Source of the DNA: Thiotrichaceae bacterium UBA973
Lineage (GTDB): Bacteria; Pseudomonadota; Gammaproteobacteria; Eutrophobiales; Eutrophobiaceae
Assembly: GCA_002292815.1 (NCBI GenBank)
Contig: DBBX01000010.1
Location: forward strand, 21,838 to 85,837
Length of the DNA stretch: 64,000 nucleotides
Reading direction: 5' to 3'
The translations under genes were made by a program, and so were the position numbers. The notes under the pieces are model-generated. The model was not told where the DNA came from. It saw only the letters and a list, made by a program, of their open reading frames with translations, and made no database searches. Within the stretch, counting starts at the first letter, position 1, and each line of letters opens with the position of its first letter. This document shows positions 58,486-64,000 of this stretch, in pieces.

Positions 58486-60768
58486 GTGCTTGCAAGGACG
58501 CTGGCATTCGCCGCAGGTATTTATTGCCTATTGCAATTTTCAACTATGCCCAGTTTTTGGGTTGTTCTTATTTTACCTCTATTTTTTGTCCTGAATCGAT
58601 TTTTCGCAGTATTTAGATTGATTTTATTTTTTTGTCTTGGTTTTAGCTGGGCTTTATTGCGCATCGGCGCTGATGTCAGCCATTCACTCGACCCTGATCT
58701 TGAGAATAGAGTGGTTCAGCTAACGGGTACAGTGAGTTCATTGCCAGTAATTTATGATGACCATGTTCAGTTCTTGTTTGATGTGAAGGATGTTGTCGAC
58801 AGTCATAAGCAACATTTTACATCGCCGGAAGTAATCCGTTTGAATTGGTATAAAACCCGAATGATACCGGCGCCGGGTGAATCATGGATATTGAGCGCAA
58901 AATTAAAACGTCCTTATAGTTTTATGAATCCAGGTGGTTTCGATTATGAAACCTGGATGATGAGACAAGGTATAAAAGCCACAGGCTATATAAAGGAAAG
59001 CGAAGCGAATCAAAGGCTGGGAGTAAGCAATGGATACTTCATGCAAAGCTTACGTTACAAGCTATCGAAAAATATTAAACAATCTATAGACAAACCATTG
59101 CTTGGTTTGGTGTTGGCGCTGAGTCTGGGTGATCGTAGTCAACTCGACCCGGATCAATGGCAGGTGCTAACGCATACAGGCACAAATCATTTGATTGCAA
59201 TATCTGGCTTGCACCTAGGCTTAATAGCGGGATTAATTTATTTTCTAGCACGAACACTATGGCGTCAGTTTCATTTTGCCACACAATTTATTCCTGCACC
59301 GATCATTGCTTCAATATTCGCCTTTGTGGGTGCATTATTTTATGCGGCTCTGGCAGGTTTCTCCCTGCCTACGCAACGCGCATTGATCATGATTGCTGTC
59401 TTTTTAATAGGATTGCTTTGGTCAAGAAGATTGCTGGTCTCTAATGTCGTTTGTTTCGCGGTTGTTTTGATATTGTTACTAGACCCATTTTCAATACTGG
59501 CTGCAGATTTCTGGCTTTCGTTTACAGCTGTAATGTTAATACTTTATATCACGCGCTATAGAATTAGTAATCAAAGTCCTTTGCGCCGCTGGATACAATT
59601 ACAATGTCTACTCAGTTTGGCCTTATCTCCATTTTTAATCTTCTGGTTTAAACAATTTCCGCTGTACAGTGTTTTCGCTAATTTATTCGCTATACCCATT
59701 ATTGGGTTTATCGTCGTGCCGTTGATATTGCTGGCGATGATCTTGTTATTACCATTCCCACGGGTTGCAGAATCTATCTATGGGCTTGTCGATAAGATAA
59801 GCCACCTTCATTGGACGTACCTTGAGTTTTTGCAGCAACAGAATAATGCCATCATTCCTATAGCAGTTTCGAATAGAGGTTCGCTAATAATAGCCATCAT
59901 TGGCATTGTAATTTTATTGATGCCAAAAGGCTTACCGGGAAGATGGGTAGGGGGGATGTTGCTGTTGCCGCTGCTGTTTCCTATAAGGGCCAGTTTAAAG
60001 CCTGGTGAATTTGAATTTAGTTTATTAGATGTAGGCCAAGGATTATCTGCGGTCATAAAAACAAGAGAAAACACACTTGTTTATGATGCCGGTGCCCGAT
60101 TTTCAGAACGATTCAATATTGGTGATGCTGTTACAACACCGTATCTTCGTGACAAAAGTATCACGCAAATATCGATGCTAATGATAAGTCATGGTGATAA
60201 TGATCATATCGGCGGGGCAAACAGGTTAATAGAACAATTTAAAATTGATAGAATATTAACAAGTGTGCCCGAAAAATTATCGATAAGTTCCGCCGAACGA
60301 TGTTATGCAGGCCAACAATGGAATTGGGATGGCGTTGAATTTGAAGTGTTGCATCCGCCTTTAGAAAGTAATTTTACCGGCAATAATGCTTCATGCGTTC
60401 TAAAAGTATCTTCAGCACAGGGCTCGGTGCTTTTAACCGGCGATATCGAGCGACAGGCAGAAAAAAGCCTCATAAATAACATGCGCGAACAAATCAAAGC
60501 GGATATTTTGTTGGCGCCACATCATGGCAGCAAAACCTCCTCAAGCAATGAATTCATCGCCAAGACAGCCCCCGATCATGCCGTTATATCGGCAGGATAT
60601 AGAAATCGATTTGGATTCCCGAAACAGGATATAATGTCTCGCTATGAAGCCCATGGGGTTGAAACGCTGGTTACTTATATGACTGGTGAGATATCTATGA
60701 AATTTAGTACAGCAGGTTTGATAATTGAACAATTTAGATCAAAAAATCGGCGTTTCTGGCATCATTGA
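58486..60768 (+). CDS. comEC: DNA uptake channel ComEC/Rec2
   Basis: NPGGFDYE, HL.AISGLH, P..RA..M, FWLSF, DVGQG, SH.DNDH.GG, N..SCVL, PHHGS..SS, NRFGFP. Confidence 0.95.
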   Translation: MLARTLAFAAGIYCLLQFSTMPSFWVVLILPLFFVLNRFFAVFRLILFFCLGFSWALLRIGADVSHSLDPDLENRVVQLTGTVSSLPVIYDDHVQFLFDVKDVVDSHKQHFTSPEVIRLNWYKTRMIPAPGESWILSAKLKRPYSFMNPGGFDYETWMMRQGIKATGYIKESEANQRLGVSNGYFMQSLRYKLSKNIKQSIDKPLLGLVLALSLGDRSQLDPDQWQVLTHTGTNHLIAISGLHLGLIAGLIYFLARTLWRQFHFATQFIPAPIIASIFAFVGALFYAALAGFSLPTQRALIMIAVFLIGLLWSRRLLVSNVVCFAVVLILLLDPFSILAADFWLSFTAVMLILYITRYRISNQSPLRRWIQLQCLLSLALSPFLIFWFKQFPLYSVFANLFAIPIIGFIVVPLILLAMILLLPFPRVAESIYGLVDKISHLHWTYLEFLQQQNNAIIPIAVSNRGSLIIAIIGIVILLMPKGLPGRWVGGMLLLPLLFPIRASLKPGEFEFSLLDVGQGLSAVIKTRENTLVYDAGARFSERFNIGDAVTTPYLRDKSITQISMLMISHGDNDHIGGANRLIEQFKIDRILTSVPEKLSISSAERCYAGQQWNWDGVEFEVLHPPLESNFTGNNASCVLKVSSAQGSVLLTGDIERQAEKSLINNMREQIKADILLAPHHGSKTSSSNEFIAKTAPDHAVISAGYRNRFGFPKQDIMSRYEAHGVETLVTYMTGEISMKFSTAGLIIEQFRSKNRRFWHH

Positions 60769-60835
60769 TGATGATACTATGCAGATTATTCTGAACGAGT
60801 TCGTAATTAATAATAAAAATTTGGAGTGAGATAAC

Positions 60836-61471
60836 GTGCTTGAATTAATCAAGGCCGGCGGTTTGCTTATGTGGCCGATTATATTGTGTTCAATCATGGC
60901 GATGGCCATCATTGGAGAACGATTTTGGTCTCTTAGAGAATTAAAAATCGCCCCCAAAAATCTGGTTGCCAAAGTCTGGCAATGGCAAAAGAGCGGGCAT
61001 CTGGATAAAACACGGATTAAGGATGTACGAGATAGTTCTCCTTTGGGAATGATCTTGGCGGCAGGTTTGGTCAACCGTAATCATTCGCGTGAAATAATGA
61101 AAGAGAGCATTGAAGAAACGGGTCGACACGTTGCTCACGATCTGGAGCGTTTTTTAAATACATTGGGGACAATTGCCTCTATTAGTCCGTTATTGGGTTT
61201 ATTAGGAACAGTAATCGGCATGATTAAAGTATTTACAGTGATCACTTCCATGGGTGTTGGTGATCCTAGTGTTTTGTCTGAAGGTATATCTGAAGCCTTG
61301 ATAACAACCGCATCAGGACTCTCTGTCGCAATTCCAAGTTTGATGTTTCATCGGTTTTTTCGTGGAAAAATCGATGGCTTAATCATAACCATGGAACAAG
61401 AGGCATTAAAAATGGTTGAGGTAATGCATGGACTGCGTGAAAGTGGAATTGAAACAGGCCCTAAAACATGA
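60836..61471 (+). CDS. exbB: MotA/TolQ/ExbB proton channel protein
   Basis: GG..MWPI...S, ER.W.L, LGTIA.ISPLLGLLGTV.GMI, GISEAL.TTA.GL.VAIP. Confidence 0.88.
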   Translation: MLELIKAGGLLMWPIILCSIMAMAIIGERFWSLRELKIAPKNLVAKVWQWQKSGHLDKTRIKDVRDSSPLGMILAAGLVNRNHSREIMKESIEETGRHVAHDLERFLNTLGTIASISPLLGLLGTVIGMIKVFTVITSMGVGDPSVLSEGISEALITTASGLSVAIPSLMFHRFFRGKIDGLIITMEQEALKMVEVMHGLRESGIETGPKT

Positions 61472-61887
61472 ATTTCCGACCCGAAAGGCGCGATGAAGTC
61501 GATCTGGATCTAACGCCATTAATCGACGTCGTGTTTTTATTATTAATATTTTTTATGGTCTCGACTACGTTTGAACATAATTCGGAGATTAATATTACCT
61601 TACCAAGCTCATCGAAAGAGGTGAAAGAGGCAAAACCTGATGCGGTGAATGTTGGTTTGGATGCGCAAGGCAATGTCTATATCAATGATAAATCATTGGT
61701 CAATGCCCAGCTTGAAACGATTAAAGCGGCTTTGTCCGATGCTTTAGTCGGATTAGATGAACCGCCGGTTATCATCAGCGCAGATTCAAATGCAACGCAT
61801 CAATCAGTCGTCAGGGTGATGGATGCCGCTCGCCAACTAGGCTTGGTGAAGATTACGTTTGCAACGCAAGATTTAAATGATGAATAA
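61468..61887 (+). CDS. exbD: ExbD/TolR family biopolymer transporter
   Basis: LTPLIDVVFLLLIFFMVST.F, I.AD....HQ.VV.VMD. Confidence 0.9.
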   Translation: MNFRPERRDEVDLDLTPLIDVVFLLLIFFMVSTTFEHNSEINITLPSSSKEVKEAKPDAVNVGLDAQGNVYINDKSLVNAQLETIKAALSDALVGLDEPPVIISADSNATHQSVVRVMDAARQLGLVKITFATQDLNDE

Positions 61888-61945
61888 AGGGCAAGTAGAG
61901 AGATGTTGTTCGTTTTAAATCAATTGTGATGGCGTCAAATACGGT

Positions 61946-62950
61946 ATGTTGACGAAACAATTCATCGAAAACATTTGGTACTCCAAACATCCGTTTGCCA
62001 TCGTCCTTTTACCTTTAAGCTGGCTTTACAGTCTGATTATCTTTTTGCGACGGCTGTGTTATCAATCAGGTCTAATTGCCGTTAATCAAATTGATGTGCC
62101 TGTTATCATTGTCGGTAATATTTCAGTTGGTGGTACCGGAAAGACGCCGCTGGTTATTTGGCTTGCAGATTATTTCAAGAAAAAAGGTTATAAACCCGGG
62201 ATTATTAGTCGTGGTTATGGTGGCAAGCTCTCTGGCAAGAGCCAACAAGTACGGCCAGATAGCAATCCGGATTTAGTCGGTGACGAGCCCGTTTTGATCG
62301 CCAAGAGAACAAATTGCCCCGTCGCCATTGCAGTACAGAGAAGAAGAGCTGCAGAGGAATTGATAGAGTATTGTGATTGCGATCTAATCCTCTGTGATGA
62401 TGGTATGCAACACTATTCACTTGGTAGAGACATTGAAATAGCGGTTATTGATGGTCAACGCCGTTTTGGTAATGGTCATTGCTTGCCTGCAGGCCCACTA
62501 CGTGAACCAATAAGTCGTTTGGGTAACGTTGATTTTGTCGTCAGCAAATACATTGCCGGCCGTCATGAATACAAGATGGAATACACGTATGGTGATCTTG
62601 TGTCGTTAATGAACCCTGATCGCACACAACCAATTTCAAGTTTGAATGGTCAGAGTGTGCATGCAATATCCGGTATTGGTAATCCAGATCGATATTATTC
62701 ATATTTGCGTAATAATAAATTACATATTATCAGTCACGATTTTCCAGACCATCATCCATTCACAAAAAATGACGTCATTTTCGATGATGGTTTAGCAGTG
62801 GTTATGACTGAGAAAGATGCGGTAAAATGTATTAACTTCGCGACTGAAAATCATTGGTATTTACCGATCTCGGCAAGACTACCAGATTCATTTACTTATC
62901 GGCTTGAAGCCTTAATGAAGGATATTATTGATGGACAAAAAACTACTTGA
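61946..62950 (+). CDS. lpxK: Tetraacyldisaccharide 4'-kinase
   Basis: [58 protein letters not shown]. Confidence 0.96.
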   Translation: MLTKQFIENIWYSKHPFAIVLLPLSWLYSLIIFLRRLCYQSGLIAVNQIDVPVIIVGNISVGGTGKTPLVIWLADYFKKKGYKPGIISRGYGGKLSGKSQQVRPDSNPDLVGDEPVLIAKRTNCPVAIAVQRRRAAEELIEYCDCDLILCDDGMQHYSLGRDIEIAVIDGQRRFGNGHCLPAGPLREPISRLGNVDFVVSKYIAGRHEYKMEYTYGDLVSLMNPDRTQPISSLNGQSVHAISGIGNPDRYYSYLRNNKLHIISHDFPDHHPFTKNDVIFDDGLAVVMTEKDAVKCINFATENHWYLPISARLPDSFTYRLEALMKDIIDGQKTT

Positions 62951-63119
62951 GATTCTTGTGTGCCCGGTAACCAAGGGGCCCTTGCATTATGATAAAGAGA
63001 AACAGGAATTGATTTCAAAATCTGGGCGGCTTGCTTACCCGATCCGTGATGGCATTCCCGTTATGTTAGAAGATGAAGCAAGGTCGGTTAGTGATGAAGA
63101 AGTGGAAAAATTGAAGTAG
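62931..63119 (+). CDS. ycaR: Trm112-like protein (UPF0434)
   Basis: [33 protein letters not shown]. Confidence 0.92.
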   Translation: MDKKLLEILVCPVTKGPLHYDKEKQELISKSGRLAYPIRDGIPVMLEDEARSVSDEEVEKLK

Positions 63120-63871
63120 TGCCCGTGATTATGACAATGTCACCGTCTTTCAGAATTATTATCCCCGCGCGTTATGCTTCGACCCGCTTACCAGGCAAAC
63201 CTTTATTAGATATTAAAGGTAAACCTTTGCTTCAACATGTCTATGAGACAGCAACGCAGACAGAAGCTAAAACTATTGCCATTGCGACCGATGATGACAG
63301 GATAGCCAATTGTGCTAAATCATTCGGCGCATCAGTTGTTATGACTTCAAATGAACATGATTCCGGCACAGATAGAATAGCCGAGGCAGCGAAGTTGCTT
63401 GGCTTTGATGACGATGAGTTGATCGTCAATCTTCAAGGAGATGAATATGGTTTGCCAGTCACATTAATTAATCAGGTTGCATCAAACTTATGTAATAATC
63501 CCGATAATCAAATGGCGACCTTATGTGAGCGCATTAATAGTTTAGATGAATTTATTGACCAAAATATCGTTAAGGTTTTATTTGATAAAAATAATACGGC
63601 AATTTATTTCAGCCGTTCACCGATTCCTTTGAATCGGTCGGGTGGTTTACCTGAACAGGCCTATAGACATATCGGCCTTTACGCATATCGGGCAGGATAT
63701 CTTCAAGAATTCACTCAATTAGCACCCTGTGCAATAGAACAAGCCGAAGCGCTTGAACAATTACGCGCGCTTTATAATGGTGGAACAATCCACGTAGACA
63801 TTGCAGTAGATAAAACAGGAATAGGGGTTGATTCTGCTGACGATCTGGAATTAGCCAGATCATATAAATAA
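63119..63871 (+). CDS. kdsB: 3-deoxy-manno-octulosonate cytidylyltransferase
   Basis: IIPARYASTRLPGKPL, ATDD, SGTDR, N.QGDE, YFSRSPIP, HIG.YAYR, E.LEQLR.L; true start may be ATG 63131 or 63137. Confidence 0.96.
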   Translation: MPVIMTMSPSFRIIIPARYASTRLPGKPLLDIKGKPLLQHVYETATQTEAKTIAIATDDDRIANCAKSFGASVVMTSNEHDSGTDRIAEAAKLLGFDDDELIVNLQGDEYGLPVTLINQVASNLCNNPDNQMATLCERINSLDEFIDQNIVKVLFDKNNTAIYFSRSPIPLNRSGGLPEQAYRHIGLYAYRAGYLQEFTQLAPCAIEQAEALEQLRALYNGGTIHVDIAVDKTGIGVDSADDLELARSYK

Positions 63872-63878
63872 AACTGGA

Positions 63879-64000
63879 CTATCTGGCCCTGTAGGTAATA
63901 CGGCCTTTGCTCAAATCGTATGGTGTAATTTCAACGGTAACTTTGTCGCCGGTAAGGATACGAATGTAATGTTTGCGCATTTTTCCTGAGATATGTGCGG
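63879..64000 (-). CDS. infA: Translation initiation factor IF-1, 3' part (5' end beyond window)
   Basis: Not in ORF track; minus-strand translation [39 protein letters not shown]. Confidence 0.95.
   Translation of the reverse strand, partial: AHISGKMRKHYIRILTGDKVTVEITPYDLSKGRITYRAR

Noticed and set aside
61888-61945. msbA missing before lpxK
   Set aside because: The comEC-exbB-exbD-lpxK-ycaR-kdsB order without msbA is a known arrangement in some gammaproteobacteria; msbA is probably elsewhere.

Overview
Chromosomal window from an AT-rich gammaproteobacterium (roughly 40% GC by eye; lineage inferred from gene content, e.g. epmB-efp-epmA, lolC/E-lolD-comEC-exbBD-lpxK-ycaR-kdsB, xseB-ispA-folE2, parE/parC). 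It is densely coding with about 62 CDSs. I see no rRNA, tRNA, CRISPR array, integrase or transposase. Housekeeping blocks alternate with accessory metabolic genes. The most notable observations are: (i) a lipoprotein PQQ-type beta-propeller dehydrogenase lacking both the canonical metal-ligand Glu and the catalytic Asp; (ii) an acyl-CoA synthetase / icmF / signal-peptide-less BtuF-like operon converging on an E1alpha-E1beta-free lipoyl domain operon with no E2 or E3 (haloarchaeal OADH2-like); (iii) a deletion scar fusing a rubrerythrin 5' end to a DUF3501 3' end, missed by the ORF track; (iv) a small antisense HalOD1-like gene between parE and parC; (v) a family of short GCT-N10-AGC palindromes flanking a cassette-like cupin gene and a decayed locus; (vi) several pseudogene remnants and no dxs at its usual position. 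All family calls come from motif recognition by eye, not from database searches.
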